Below, piece after piece: positions 25,808 through 40,525 of a stretch of DNA of 64,000 bases. The first letter of the stretch is position 1. Every line of letters starts with the position of its first letter. The stretch is from Lama glama. Taxonomy: Eukaryota. Below the pieces are notes generated by a model. That model made no database searches, had not been told where the DNA came from, and was given only the letters and a program-made list of their open reading frames with translations. The position numbers and the translations under genes were made by a program. The stretch is taken from the NCBI GenBank assembly GCA_028534125.1, contig CM052817.1:79238001-79302000 (forward strand), read 5' to 3'.

Positions 25808-28210
25808 CTAGAGTATTTGTATAAAAAAAATATTTAATTGGTAATTTGCTCTTTGGATTTGGAAAAAAAATAAAGACTGAAATTCATACACTATGAATAC
25901 ATTGGTCTCATAACATCTCTAATTTAGTTATTTCAGATTTTTTCCTTTAAATGTTTAAGAATTGTCTGCCATTAAAAACGTACTGACCTTTGGGAAAGCT
26001 ATAAAGATAGTCCATCTATGTTTTAAAAGTAAAACTAAGCTCAAGTATTGACCTGTGGCTCAGCCAATTTTTAGCATGGAGTGATTTCTATAAGCAGAGT
26101 ATCTCCTTTCTGTCTTCAGGGAGTTCCTCCAGTCCCTCAGTCATAAGGGCTGACATCTGCATAGATCATTGCCCACTACTAGGATGGAAAGGAACCCCAG
26201 CAAAACAAAACGTTACCAAAAATGAGTCAATCTTTTTAACAGGAAAATACATGGGGGAAGTAAATTTTAGGTCAAGTTTGAAGTAAGGAAAAGGAAGGAA
26301 AAAGGTTAGGGGTGTTTCTTAGGGAGGGTAACAGTAATGAACATGGAGTCAAGGAACAAACAAATTAGTTTGTGTGGCCAAGGGGACGGATATTTAAGGA
26401 GATAACAAGTAATGGTGAAATAAGTTTAGATGTGATGCCACTGGCAATGTGTACATCCATAGGAGACTTCCGGCTATTAAAACACAACTATTCCCATAAT
26501 TCAGCTTGGCAGTATTTTAAGCATATGTAGATTGCAATCAAAAACTGGATTCTCTTGCAAATAATTGTAGATAAGCCAATGGCCTTAAAAAGTAAACTTT
26601 GGGACAGGAATTTATCTTGAATCTAAGAAATGATTCTTCAACTCACTGGCACTTTAACAGCTTTTTACAATAGAATCACATGAGAAACGGATCTTTTATT
26701 GGTATTTCCTGGTATCTTTATGATGCTTTAAAGTGTAATCTCTATGTTCTTTTATTATATAAAAGTCAGAACCTTTTTATTTTAAGGAATTTTAACTCTC
26801 CTTTAAGAATACAGACAAAACATTTGTTGATTCCTTTTACAGCGGAAAAAAAAGTGCTTATTCCTTTTGCAAATGGCACTATAGACAAAATAAACTGATC
26901 AAATTTGAAATCACGAGGCCAGTCTGGTGGAAGAAATGGATTCTCATACCAATTAGGGTCATATTTGGACCATAAGCCCAGTGCGCCCCCTTTCACCTCC
27001 TTACTGCCATATCCTTCATCCTTGCTTTTGAGTTCTGGGGTGCCTAGACACTAAGTATCGAATTTAGTCTGCCAATCCAGGAAACACAAGTTACTCGACC
27101 TCTTCAGCATTTAGTTTCTTCATTTATTAAATGAGGAGGTTGAGTTAAATGATATACTTTCTTAGTTAGAACTTTGCTCAAAACTCCAAATTCTCATTAA
27201 TTCATTTTCCTTTTTTGGGTAAAAGGGCTTGGAAGATGGCACCTTGTTTTTGACGATGTTATGGTGACTCAATTCCCCCCATCGCTTACTTTTTTTGTTT
27301 GTTTTCAGGGACAACTGACTAGGTTTCTGCTTTCTAAACTAAAACCTAATTCCAATCCTGTCTCCCTGAGGCTGTTTCTAGGTCACCGTGATTGGATATT
27401 TGCTGGTTCCCAATCACACATTCTTAGATTTCTTTTCTATATCCACATACCATTGTACTGACTCAGATTTACAAGGGACTCCTTGCATTAATCAAAGCTC
27501 ATCAAAAATTTTATTTAGGCTAGCCCTTTCTTATCAGTGCAGGTAGATCTAATGGCATCTCATTGGTGTTGAAAATTGTCCTTTCTGTTTTTAGGGCAAC
27601 TTATTTCTCCCAGGTTGATTTCTTTCCATCTCTGGACCTGTGCTTTGGCTTGCACCCCAGCCTTTGATAAAAAAATTTTATAGTCCAGACAGATGCCTTG
27701 CCTAGGATATGCCTGGAAAAATAGGCATGAGAAGAAGTGTGAAAGGCAAAAGAGAAACGCTGGATGGGAAAAGTGGGTTAGAGATTTCTTTCTGGACAAC
27801 AAAGTTAAGATTTTCCTGGAAAAAATGTGGATTCTGTTTGCACCAACCATTATTTCACCTGCATCATTGGAAAAATGTGAACACTCACATGAACTCACTG
27901 AAACACAACTGAAATGATGGACTACCTTATGTAATAGGGATTAAAAGCTCCCACAAAGATGGCAGTCTTTACATTCTAAGAATCAGTTTGGGCATTCTGT
28001 AGGGATAAATTGTCTCTGATTGACACTTTAAATAATTGTTTCTTTAAAAAGACATGCTTTTAGAAATGTAACGTTAAGGTTCTCCTGCCAATCTTGGAGA
28101 AGTCCGAACTGTTACCTGAGATTGGATTTTTAAAGTATCCTTCCATATGAAGTTTTCCAAGTTCATTAAATTAGTTGTAAAAGGATGTTTCTCAAGGTAA
28201 AGATGCTTAC

Positions 28211-28286
28211 CTTCATTAACTTCATCATTTTCTTTGTCTACTTGTGCTTTCAAAACATATCTCTTTATAAGTCTTTTCATAATCTG
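28211..28286 (-). CDS. TRPC3: TRPC3 exon 11 (76 nt)
   Basis: Encodes [25 protein letters not shown](G); acceptor ccaacag|CAG, donor gtaagc. Confidence 0.96.
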
Positions 28287-28959
28287 CTGTTGGGCCAAAA
28301 AAAAAAAATATGTCACCAATGGTATACATAAGTAATCTGGATCCTATTCTCCAAAGAACCTTACATACCTGTAAAGCAAACAATTCAGGGCAGAGAAATT
28401 GTATGTAACTATCTACAGAAAACTCACTCAGCTTTCAGAACTTAATCCCTTTTCATCTTGTACTGAGTCTCACTGAATAATCCACAAACATCCCTCTTGC
28501 CCACCCTTCACCCTCACCCCCACACCCTACTCTGGGAATGCAAGAAGTTATTAAAAAAAAAAAAGTTCAGTTGAAAGACTTCAATGTATGGTTTCTCTTT
28601 CAACTACTGACTTCTCTTCAAGGTGCTGACACTATATTATCATCTATAGACACTACCTTATTTCTCACTGTTTTAAAAACTATATAAATATATGCTCAAT
28701 AGAGGGAACCTGGAAAATACAGACAGAAAAAAAATAAACAAAAGTCATCAATTATCCCACTGTCCAAAGATAATCTTTGTTGTTATTTTAGTGTATGTCC
28801 TTCCAATATTTTTTCTTTAAATGTTGTATGTATATTAATTACTACATTTACTACATTTTGTTTTCAGAAATACCATATATTCTGTTATATTATGTTTTCC
28901 TCTCATAGCAATATAGATTGTGAATATATTTCAATCTAAATAAATGCTTTTACAAGATA

Positions 28960-30840
28960 ATTGTTTATCCGTATGAAGAAAATTAAATTGGAGCCCTACT
29001 TCATACTATGCACACAAAAATGAATTCCACATGCATCTTAAATGTGAAAGATAAGGCTTTTAAACCCTTTAAAGGAAAGTACAGGAGAATATATTTATAA
29101 ATTCAGTGTTGAGCTAGATGTTTTTTAAACAAGATAAACAATTCTAATAACAATAGAAAAGATTGATAAACTCAACCTCCTTATAATTAAAACTTCCTTA
29201 AAGCTTCTGTTTATAAAGATACCATAAAGAGAGGGAGCAAAGCGAGCCACAAACTGGGAGAAAATACCAATAATACTTATAGCTGGTAAAAAATTTGGAT
29301 CCAAGATATGTGAAGAACTTTTTATAACAAAAACGCAAATTATCCAATAGAAAAATGGGTAAAAGACAAACAGGCACTTCACAGAAATGGAACTGTGAAT
29401 GGTCAATGAGCATATAAAGCAACCTCAATCTCTTTTCTTGGGGAAATATAAGTTACATTGAAAAGGAGATACAGGGGCTTGTGGGGAGGGGGCATTGGGA
29501 GAAGGCAGTCAAAGGTAAAAACTTCCAGTTATAAGATAAATAAGTACTTGAGATGTAACGTACAACATGATACATGCAATTAACACTGTTGTGCGTTATA
29601 TATGGGTCACTGAGAGAGTAAATCCTAAGAGTTCTCATTACAAGAAAAAGTTTTTCTATGTCTTTAATTTTGCATCTATATGAGATGGTGGGTGTTCACT
29701 GAACTCATTAGGATAATAACTGCATGATATATGTAAGTCAAGTCATTATGCTGTACACCTTAAACTTATACAGCGCTGTGTGTCAATTATATCTCAGTAA
29801 AACTTGGGGGGGGGGAAGCGACACAATTTTACATCTAAAAAGGGAAAAAATTAATAAATCTTATAATCCCAAGTGCTGGAAAGGACATGGATCACTGGGA
29901 CTTTTGTACTTTACTGGCCTGAATATACGTAGATCACTTTGGAAAACAATTTGGCATTATCTTTTTTTTTTAATTGAAGTACTGTTGATTTACAATATTA
30001 TATTAGTTTCAGGTACACAACACAGTGATTCAGTATTTTTATAGAGTACACTCCATTTAAAGTTATTATAAAACAATGGCTATATTTCCCTGTGCTGTAC
30101 AATATATCCTTGTAGCTTATTTTATACATCATAGTTTGTACCTCTTAATCCCCTACCGATCTCGCATTATCTTTTAAGGTTGAACACTTGAGTATGCTTT
30201 CACCCAGAAATTTCACTCCTTGGTACAGGGCCTAGAGAATCTTTGTACATGTGGACCAAGAAACAAAAACAATGTTTACAGCAATCTCGTCTGAAACAGC
30301 AAAAAACCTGGAAATGATCCAAACAAGTACCAAGAGGAGAAGAGACAAATAAATCATAGTATGTTACAGAACGTACTGTCATTGTGTTCACTAATGAAAT
30401 TAATTACTGAAATTAGTGAACCACAGCCACACACAACAGCATGGATGAATCTTAGAAGTATAACTGTTGAATGAAAAATTCAACTTGTAGATTTCACGAA
30501 GTATGAATATATTCTTATAAAGTTACTCAACAATGAGGAAATCTACATGATGTACTTTTAGGACTATTAAAAATGTTAAAAAACAAACAAACAAACAAAC
30601 CTATATTTGAAAAGAAAACCAAAGCAAGAAGATGAGAAACCCAAACTTTAGGATAGTGATTACCCCTTCGGTGGAGGTAAGGGTGTGGTCTAGGACGGAG
30701 ACCCATGGAGAGGCAATGGACAGATAACGTTATCACTCTTGGGGAGGTGGTAGTTTCCTAGGTGTGCATGTAATTATCCTTCATAATTAATTATGTGTTA
30801 CACATATTCTTATGAATATATCAAATAGCACAGTAAAAAG
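28960..30840 (+). mobile_element. Mosaic of old L1M fragments with nested younger L1 3' ends
   Basis: Degenerate ORF2/3' UTR motifs; the nested minus-strand L1 tail at 29966-30163 has TSD gcattatctttt (29954-29965 / 30164-30175). Confidence 0.75.
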
Positions 30841-32619
30841 ATAACAACGGAAAGGAAGAAAGATCTGAACTAAAATGCAGGTATCATGAGAGTGAAAAAT
30901 ATATCTCAGTTTTAAGAAAGTAGAAATTATAAACCGAAGTGATCCATTAGATGCCAAGGTCAAGTAAAAGGGAGAAGTCTAGGATGATTTGAAATGTCTG
31001 AGAATAATGACAGATCAAGAGGGAGCCATGCTATGGAAAAGGAAAAGCCCATTTTATCGGTCTTAATAAAATATGTATAACATCTGCTGAGTTGTGTGGA
31101 AACTGGACTCCAGGACAGACTCACAGCTGGGTGGATCTCGGCCAGGACTCATTCATTCATTCACCAAATATTTAGTGAAGATCAACTCTGTGTCAGGTAC
31201 TAGGCACTGGGGATTCAACAGTGAACACAAAGTTCATTGGAACAATTCACTATGATGGGTAAACATATCAGGGATATAATTAAGTTTAGGGGACAGTGCA
31301 GGCAAATTCCTATAGAAAGGAAAAACAAAGAAATGTTTATTCATTAAAAGCAGCTTGAAAAGCAGTAATACATATCAGTAGGAAAGAAAAGACTATTCAA
31401 CAAATGGTGCTGAGACGATGGGCTATCCTTATGAGAAAGTTAAAATTAGATCTTCCTCACACCACACACAAAAAGAAGACCCAAATGCACGAAAGATCTA
31501 AATGTGCAAAGCAAAAACTTTGAAAGGAATAGGGAAATGTTTCTTCAGAAAGCTAACAGAAAGGCTAAGCCATAAGGAAAAGGTTGATAAATCTGACCCT
31601 ACTATGACAATTTAAAATTTTCATACAAGGAAGGATACCAATGAAATGTAACCATATGTCAGATGGGATTTTTCCTGTTGTCCTGGGATTGCTGATAAAC
31701 CCAAAACTGATGATAAAGGATGCCAAGTATCCCATGGTCTAAGACCACGTTGTCACTTGCTGTTGGAGCCAGCCATCTCCCTCCCTTCAGGGTTTATTGA
31801 GAATCACTAGACCAGTACTGAACTTACCACCAACTTCCTCCTCACTCCCCACAAGGAAAAGAAATGAGACATGGGAGGGATCATGGGCTTTTGGGGGAGA
31901 AAGGCTATTCTCTCCCTTACCTGCATGGAAGGTATAGTTGTGTGAAATACAATTCAGTGGGAAATGATACTCTATTCAGTAAACGAGGCTCAGACAATTA
32001 GACCCACATCGCAAGTCAGGGCCAAATCTCTGCGTCAGGGAGCTGAGCAAAGGGAAAGCAGCCCACCTCGCCTGTTCAAATCCTCTGAACTTGCCCCCGC
32101 CCAATTAGACAGTCAGCACTTCGGTGCCCTGCCACAGGCAGAACAACAAACTTTGGTCAGTGTTAGAGCAGTGGTGACAAACAACACGGAGGAAACTGCA
32201 ACCTACAGTTAAATGAAGGGAAAAGACATCTGCCTTTGGCTCCTTCCTCCTCCCTCTCTGCGTAGCAGAGGACCAGCACCTAGAAGAGTCAGCAGGGGAG
32301 GTGGGAACAAAGCAGACCGCAGCCTTCAGCCACCAGTCACACAAAGGTGTAACTCTCTGATGGGTGAGGAGGAGGGCGCTAGATTTGATTTGGTAATTTA
32401 AGTTTCAAAATAAATACAACTGTCTCTTTAATGAAAAAAGAGAGACTTTCTAACAACGGAAAGTCATTGGAAAGTTACAAGGTCTTGACAAGATGTTGTA
32501 AACGGATCCTCCATTCAGCAGAAGAGTTCAAAATAAGACAAGTTAGTGGGAAATCACTGAAAATAAAGTCACTTTTATATGTTCACAGGCTGGGACTCCT
32601 TACTGAACTCATTACATGA

Positions 32620-34170
32620 AGTTAAAAGACAAACCAAAGAGTAAGAGAAATTGCTTGCAAAACACACTGACAAAGAATCAGCATTCAGAACATGATAGAA
32701 TTTTGACAGGTCAATAGGGTAAAGACAAACAGCCAAGCAGAATTAGGAAAAAGAATTTAAATTCACAAGAATGGAGAACTGAATGGCCAACAAATGGATG
32801 AGAAGATGTTCAATCTCACTGGTAGTCAGAGAAGCATAAATTAAAAAAACAAATACCAATTCACATATATAAGTTTGGCAAACATTTTTTTTCTCTTGAA
32901 AATAATTCAAACCCATAGAGGAGCTGGAAGTAAAATAAGGTGACTTCAAATAGACCTTTCACCTAGATTCACTAATGTTAGAAACTTGCCACATTTGCCT
33001 TCTCTTGCTCTCTGTGTCTGTCATTATTTATGGCTAAAGCATTTGAGAATAATTTTCAGACATCATGTCCGTTTATCCCTAAATACTTCCGTATCTTCTA
33101 TATATTCTCTTATATAATCATGCTACAATGATCAAACTTTAGAAAAATTAACATGAGGTAAATCGTTTAATACATAGTCCATGTTCTGTCTCATTTCCCC
33201 AGTCAAGGATCACATGTTGCTTTTACATATCCTGTATCATTAGTCTCCTTTAATCTGGAACAGCTCCTTGGCCTTTCCTTGTCTTACAAAATGCTGACAT
33301 TTTTAAAAGCATAGAGGGAAACTGTTTTGCAGTTGGCTAAATTTTATTTATTTTTTAAAATCTATTTTTATATATAGTGGTTAACATTTGTAAATCTCAA
33401 ACTCGCAAATTTATCCCCTCCCACTCCCTTTACCCCATAACCTTAAGATTGTTTACTAAGTCTGAGGATCTGTTTCTGTTTTGTAGATGAGTTCATAGTG
33501 TTCTTTTTAAAAAATCTGATAATATCAAGTGCTTGTGGGAACACTGGGAAACTCTTGTACCCTGTTATCGGAAACAGAAATTGATAGAACCACTCCCAGG
33601 TATACAACCCAGAAAAGCTCTTACAAATGTGCAAAAGGAGACATTTACTAAGAGTTCATTACAGCATTATTTATAATAGTCAAAAATGGAAAATAAGCTA
33701 AATATTCATCAACAGAAGAATGAATGAACAAAAATCATTTATTCATATAATGGGATATTATACAACAGTTAGAATGAAGAACAAGACATATGTGTATCAA
33801 TACAGATAATTCTCAAAAATATAAAGATAAGTGAAAAAAGCAGAATATGTAATATTTATTTATGTATATTCCCAAAACATAAAACTAGCACCTAATGGTA
33901 TGAATATACTTATGTAAGTATTAAATATATAAAAGTTTGCATGGGAAAAACACACATGAACTTCAAAGTAGTGAAGATCACCAGGGAGGGATGAAAGGTA
34001 ATATAATAGGGTAGAGGTATTTTAGTTGTATCAAATTTTTCTTATAAAAAAGTCCAAAAAGAATATGGCAAAATGTTAATATTCATTAAATTAAGATGGT
34101 AGTGGCATAGATGTCTAACAGGATTATTTTGTGATACCTCTCTGTGTTTGAAATAGTTCACAATTAAAAT
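32620..34170. mobile_element. Old L1M fragments in both orientations
   Basis: aatggccaacaaatggatgagaagatgttcaatctcactggtagtcagagaagc (ORF2 end); minus-strand L1 tails at about 32885-33510. Confidence 0.65.
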
Positions 34171-36544
34171 TTAAAACATAACAAAATAAAAGCAATTAAA
34201 ATGCTCTAATAAATAGGCTTTTAAAGCTGCCTAGCAAACTGATGTGCCTCCCTGGCTGGGGCATTCATTCCATCTTCAGTACCGATAATAGTCCTTCTGT
34301 CATGACAAAGAGACAAATGTTTTTCACTTTTACAAACAAAGTTGTAAAAACTGTAGCTTGTAAAGAAACTGAGAATAACTCAGGGCTTAAAAGGGTCTTA
34401 TTTAGTACCATTCAGAAGTGCATTATTTAGAAATCCTATCTCTACAAAAGATAAGAAAACCTCTTAAAAATTAAAGTGAGTCAGAATGGTTTTGGAGACA
34501 AAAATCTTGAATTTGAATGCAGGCTTTTAATTACCTGCTGGGTGAACTTAAGGTGTTTAAACTCTTTGAACATCCATTTCTTCATTTACAAAATGCGGGG
34601 TAACAAAATCCAACTCATAAATTCTGCAGATTAAATAATTAAATGCACGTAAAAGCATAGTTCCTTCTTAGAAAAGGTTAGCTCTTGTTAGTATTATATA
34701 TAAAAATAAAGTTTGAAGATTAAGATATTGCTACCTGCATTCTCAAGTATAATAAAATATTTATGTAACATTACCCAAAACTACACTTAGAAAGTCTATG
34801 GAAACTGGCATTTACTGCCAGAAGGGATGATAACAAGAAACTAAAATATTTTAAACACTCATGCAGTGTTCAAGTTCCCTAGAAACATCCTGAACAAAGC
34901 TACTCAGATTAAATTCCCTCAGTGAAGGGAAACCAGGAAGGCATATTCATCTCCATTTCATCTTTAACCTGCAGGGAAAAAATTATGGTTACAGGTTTAA
35001 TTTTTTTCTCTTCAAAAGTTAATGTGTTTTAAGCTTTCCATGTATCCCACAAAAATGTTTCCCTTAATATTTACAGCTTAAATATTTTTATCAACCACTG
35101 CACCAAATTTGAGTCCCCGTAAAAGGCAAGAAGACACCTGCTATTGGACAAATCAGTTTCCCCACACATGACACTACGTGGTAATAGTCCATCCCTCAGT
35201 TCACATTGGAAAGATAATTGGTATGAATTCCAAAATGATGTTCAGCTCAAAGAAGGGGGAAAGGTTAGCCTTTCCATTCTTTCAGGCAGCTTGTCTGGTG
35301 AACCCAAGTTAGTACTGTGCAGAGGTTAAGAAAGCGGGCTGCAAGGACAGATGGCCTGGATTTGAGTTATGACTCCATTACTTGTAAGCTGTGGAATCTT
35401 GGTGACTTAATCTGTATAGTGGAAATGTTAGAATCAATCTTGTAAAAGACAACACAGGTAGATTACATAGAAGCTGCTCAATTAATATAACTATCGTTTT
35501 TTATTATAATTTATGCTTCTTTTATAAAGCAATTCTTGATTAGCCAATCTTAATAATGGTGATACTATAGTCAAGGATCATGAAACTTGTATGTAGTAAT
35601 TATCATTTAAAATATTATTTCACCTAAGTTTCCAACGGATTCTTTAATCAAACCCAGTATCCCAAATTAAACTGATCGATAACCGAATCATCTTTCCCTC
35701 TTGGTTAAATTGCTAACACAATAGAAGTCTATAGACTAACTTCCACATTCCACAAACCTCCAGGAATTATCCATATTTTTTGGTATGAGCATGTGAGTCA
35801 CTCTTTAAGGAAGATGTTGTAACTTTGTGGAGTGGACTATGGATACTTTCTGTCCAAGGTATGGACAGCTTGGTAGTAGTGACCTCGAACATTTCCTCTT
35901 GCAAACAAATCCAAGTTCATTTCTCAGCCCTCCATTAAGACTGGGAGGAGGAATGAAATTTTGGTGGTTGGATATCTGGGTTTGCCCTTCCTTCCCAAAA
36001 GGCCACAAAACTTGTCTTTTCACTTGCTTATTTTTTATTGATTCAAATTCAGCTAACAACTATTAAGTACATTCTCAGGCACTTTTACATTCATTTTCTC
36101 ACTTGTGCCTACAGAGAAGCCAAATTTAACTGACATCAGTAGGTTCTATAATATGAATTTCAGCAATCTATAAAGTATGAATATAAGGTAATGAGACTGA
36201 TTTGGACAAACAAAGAATTCGGAAGCAGCGAGTAGAATGTTAGAGAGGGAAGGGTCCTTGGAAATCTTGTGTTTTTCATTTTTTCATACCACTCTGTGAC
36301 ACACCCGGATGGATTACCATGGCACAGCCTCTGAAAACATCTGTGATTCAGACCCTGCTACTCTTTCCAGACAGCTGGTTAATTCTATTTTTGGACAACT
36401 GTACTGTAGCTGTTAAAAAATTCCTTTGTATTGAGCCAAAATCTGCTTCACTGTACTTTCTAACTACTTGTCCAAGTTCTGTTCTTTGGAGAGAGAATAA
36501 ATTTGCTTCTTCTACTTGATCAGTTTTCAAATATTTCCCTTCTC

Positions 36545-37017
36545 TGGGTTCCCCTGGGTTCCTGGAACTGATCAAGACCCTATAGGGCCTTCCTGGGACA
36601 GATCCCTCCCCCATGTCCTCTGCTTTAGCTCCTCTCTGACTGATGTACCTAGGTAACTGTAACTGATGCACGTTTCCTGAGTTTTTCAAATGGTAAAACC
36701 ACCACCAAATGGAAGAAATTAACTACTTGATGATTGTGAGCACGTAGCCCCCAGACGCACTGGAGCCAAAGGATCTCCATCAGCCAATCAGAGATTTGTG
36801 CACAGCTGATTGCATATGCTGGGATGCCCCTCTGTCACCTGGCCTTTAAAAATGCTTTCCTGAAACCCTTTGGAGAATTCGAGGTTTTAGGGCATGAGCC
36901 ACTAGTCCTCCTTCTATTGGCTCCTTTACAGTAAACCCTGCACTTTCCTTCACCACTGGTGTCAGTAGTTGGGCCTTACTGCACACGGGCGAGTGAGCCC
37001 AAGTTTGGTTCGGTACA
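36545..37017 (+). mobile_element. ERV1-class solo LTR (473 bp)
   Basis: TG...CA ends flanked by 4-bp TSD tctc; CCAAT box agccaatcag, TATA-like tttaaaaa, AGTAAA signal, end aagtttggttcggtaca. Confidence 0.75.
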
Positions 37018-38899
37018 TCTCACCTGTACCAGACAGCCACATCTGAGGGTTGTATGAATGTTCACCTACCTTTTTTCCCCCCTTCCCTTCTTCTCCACCT
37101 CAATGTTGCCCTTCCACTCCAGGGAACAGATCCTTAAAGCCAAGGACTATATCTTTGTGTTCCTATAACCTGGGACCATGCATAATAGAGGAGGCAATAG
37201 GAGGCATTCACATGAAGCTTCATGGATGTCTATCAATAGAGGATGTCCTGAATGTGCCACGAAACTTCATGTGAACGCCTCCTGTTGCCCCCTTTAGGGC
37301 CATGTGCTTCCAGTAAAACCAAGCCTGCATGGGTTGGATCAGAGACCATATGGGCCAAAGGTCTTCTCAAGCCGAAGAAGGCTATTAAAGCAGAACTGCC
37401 ACAACAGAAAGCAGAGAGAGAAAAGCCCCAAGAACCCTCAGCCCATCTTTCATGGAGTCTTACACTATATTCCCATTTCTTCAGGACTCAGCATATCTTG
37501 GTATTTTAACTTGAATTAACCCAGGTATTCATGAGCTGAATTCAGTCATGGCTATTTCCAAATCTTTATGTTCTCCAGAAAAATCATCCCTGTTTTCCAA
37601 AAATTCTGTACATACATTAAAAAAAATTGCCTTGGCATGCTATTAATAATATTAATATAAACAATAATGCCATTGATCAAAGCATTTTGAAACTTTTTCT
37701 TTGTTGCCCTTTGAGGCACATTTGAATCTCTGTCTTTGAAGTAATTGTTTTGAAGAGGAAATACTCATCTAAATGGAAAACATGTAAGGTGATGACCTGA
37801 TTGTTGATGACCACAGTTTCTTTCAAGGCAGATGTGACTATTTTTGAAAAAAATGTGAAGTCAGATAGCACTGAGTCTTGTTAATAAGGTGAATAATTAG
37901 CTAAGTTCAGTAGTGAGAAAATAATAAAGCACTTCGGTGTGTCTCATAAACTAATCATAAAAGTATGATTATTCCAAAAATGTTCTGAGCTGTGGTAGAA
38001 TCACTAGAACTAGTGTATCCCAAAGGTCACCCTTTTGAAGGAAAAATCCCCACTTAGCAGATTAAGATCTGGAATTTCTTTAAGGTAAGTCGTATATTAT
38101 AATCACACTTCATGAAACAAAAATCCATAACAAATAAACCAATTATTATCACCCATGGAGTTCATAACAAAGAGATTTTATTTAAATACAATCAAGGCAT
38201 TTATATGAAGTTTGATTGATGTGTACATAGCTGATTGAGACTTTCAGCCTCAGGTTCTCTTTTTCTACTCTCACTTTTGGGGAGCCACAGAAGATTATAC
38301 CACAGGCATAGGGAATTCTGCTTAGAAAATATGAAATGTACAGGATTCTGGAGTCTCTGGGCATTTAGCAAGGATCACTCGTGTGGAAATATAGGAATTT
38401 TCAATTTAACAGTAAACTTAGAAGTTCCTCCACTTCTTCTAAATCACTTAAAAGCATCAAGGAGACTAGGAAACAGAAACACTAACTCCTTCTTTAATGA
38501 GACTTAGAGGAATCCATATTCTTTTTTAGAAAGGTTAGATGAAAAGGTCAAATGAAGGTGTGGGGAAAAGCCAAAAGCAGACATTCATGGCTGAGAACAT
38601 CCCTTGACCTTTTGATACAAAGTCTACGGAAGCTTAGAATCCAGAGCTGAAGGAGAAATGATAAAGAGAAGCCCTATTTGCCAGAAGCGCTTTGTCAGTG
38701 AGGTGGAGAGAGAGAGTCTGCCTTGTGCAAAGTACCACAGTGCTATGGTTGACAAGGGAAATAAAGAATAAACTGAACCCACAGGCAGCACCCTGGGCCC
38801 AAAGGCAAATTCCTCAGCCTGGAATGTGGCCCTGGAATTCTCTGACCCCTCTCCAACCTCCTAAAAGTAGCTGGGTCCAAGGAAAACTTACTTCATTCA

Positions 38900-39930
38900 A
38901 AACCGAGTTAATAGTCAGTAACGAATCTATAGAAATCTATACTAAGCTAGTCCAAGAAAGATGGATAAAACAAACAGCAAATAATAAACACTCACCAGAA
39001 AAATGTTAAAGATCAAAAGACATAATGCCACTATTGAAACATAATCTATCGAATCATAATTCAAAAATATGATGAGGTAGTCATGTCTTTAAAATAAGAG
39101 CACAAAGAGGTCAGGGGAAATACAGTGAGCCAAAGAAGGAAGTGATACATAAGTTGGAAAACCTCACTAAGAGGAGGAAGAAAAAACACAAAATCACCAC
39201 AGAAATGAAAAATATTTTTGAAGCAGCACATGTGAAGATAGACAGGAATAAAATATAGGACAAGAAAAAAGGAGCCAAAAGGGAGAAATGGATGAAAAAT
39301 TCAAAGGGCATAGAGAAAAAATGGTAGCTGTGGAAGACAGGCAAAGAAGATTCAGTTGGCATCTAATTGGTATCTTGGAGGAAGAGACTCAGTAGAATGG
39401 AACACAAAAAAATATTTCAAGATACAGTTCAAGGAAATTATTCAGAAATAAAAGAAGACTTGACAGATTGAAAGGCTATACTCTGTGCCAGGAAAAATTC
39501 ATACAGACTTAACCTACAAGTAGAACAATTAGTAGCAAGTTACTGGATTTAAAAGATAAAGAAAATTTGAGCATTCAATTCAAAATCTCGGGTCAACTAT
39601 GTAAGAAAACCAATCAGGCTGGCCTCAAACTTTTCAATGTTCCATCGTAGGAACAGTGGAGTAATGTTTACCAATACATAAAGAAAATAAAGTCACATGT
39701 AAGAATTTTACAGCTAGTCCACACAGATATAGAGAAAATAGAAAGCAATGTAGAGCATTACATAACTCAGATAACATGGTTCCCAGAAACTCTTTTTGAA
39801 GGAACTAAAGGAAGACCAACTTTAGTTGACAAAGAGATTAATGGAAACTTATGTCAAAAAGACTGGTGGTGAGTACTGACTCTGTTTAACTGTGGGATTG
39901 AAACCAAACAAATGTGGGTTATAATCCTGA
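38900..39930 (+). mobile_element. Ancient L1 ORF1 / HAL1-like remnant
   Basis: Very A-rich degenerate coding-like strand with ORF1-type motifs (aaccaatcaggctggcctcaaactttt); no intact ORF. Confidence 0.5.
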
Positions 39931-39938
39931 CAAGGTAG

Positions 39939-40525
39939 TGAAGGGGATCAGAAAACGCCACCCCAAAATACATCACTTGGACATAGGGTTATTTTGACCT
40001 AAAGTCAATTCAGAAGCAGAAAACGTGGAAAGAGCGCACTGCCTTCCTCCCATCTGCCTAAAAGCAGGACATAAACTTCCCTTTGTGAAGGTCCTCCCTC
40101 TTCCCTCTCCCATTTCCAAGGGGAAGAAAAACTACCATCATCACTGGACACAGAAAGTTGGCACAGAGTTGGGTCTGCATGAGCACAAACATTTCTACAG
40201 TAACAATAATCTCCCATATATTCACCTTCCCACAATTTACCACCCCTAAGAGCCCAAATCTCTTTTCCTTTGTCTTGTCACTTCTCCAGAAATTAATCCC
40301 CCTTTTTAGAATGGTATATAAGTCCTAAATTCTAACTACCCCTTTGAGTTACTCATCACCAAGCTCTCTCACGGGTGTTTGTACTTTGCATGCGTAAATA
40401 AACTGTTTTTCTCCTGTTAATCTATCTTTTGTCAGTTTAATTCACAGGCCTCAGGGACTGAACCTAATAGGTAGAGGAAAGGTTTTTGTCTTTTTTGTTT
40501 GTTTGTTTTGTCCTTTGTCCCCAAC
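39939..40525 (+). mobile_element. MER34-like ERV1 solo LTR
   Basis: Starts tgaaggggatcagaaaacgccaccccaaaat; tatataa box, aataaa, ends gaacctaataggtagaggaaa...cccc. Confidence 0.75.
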
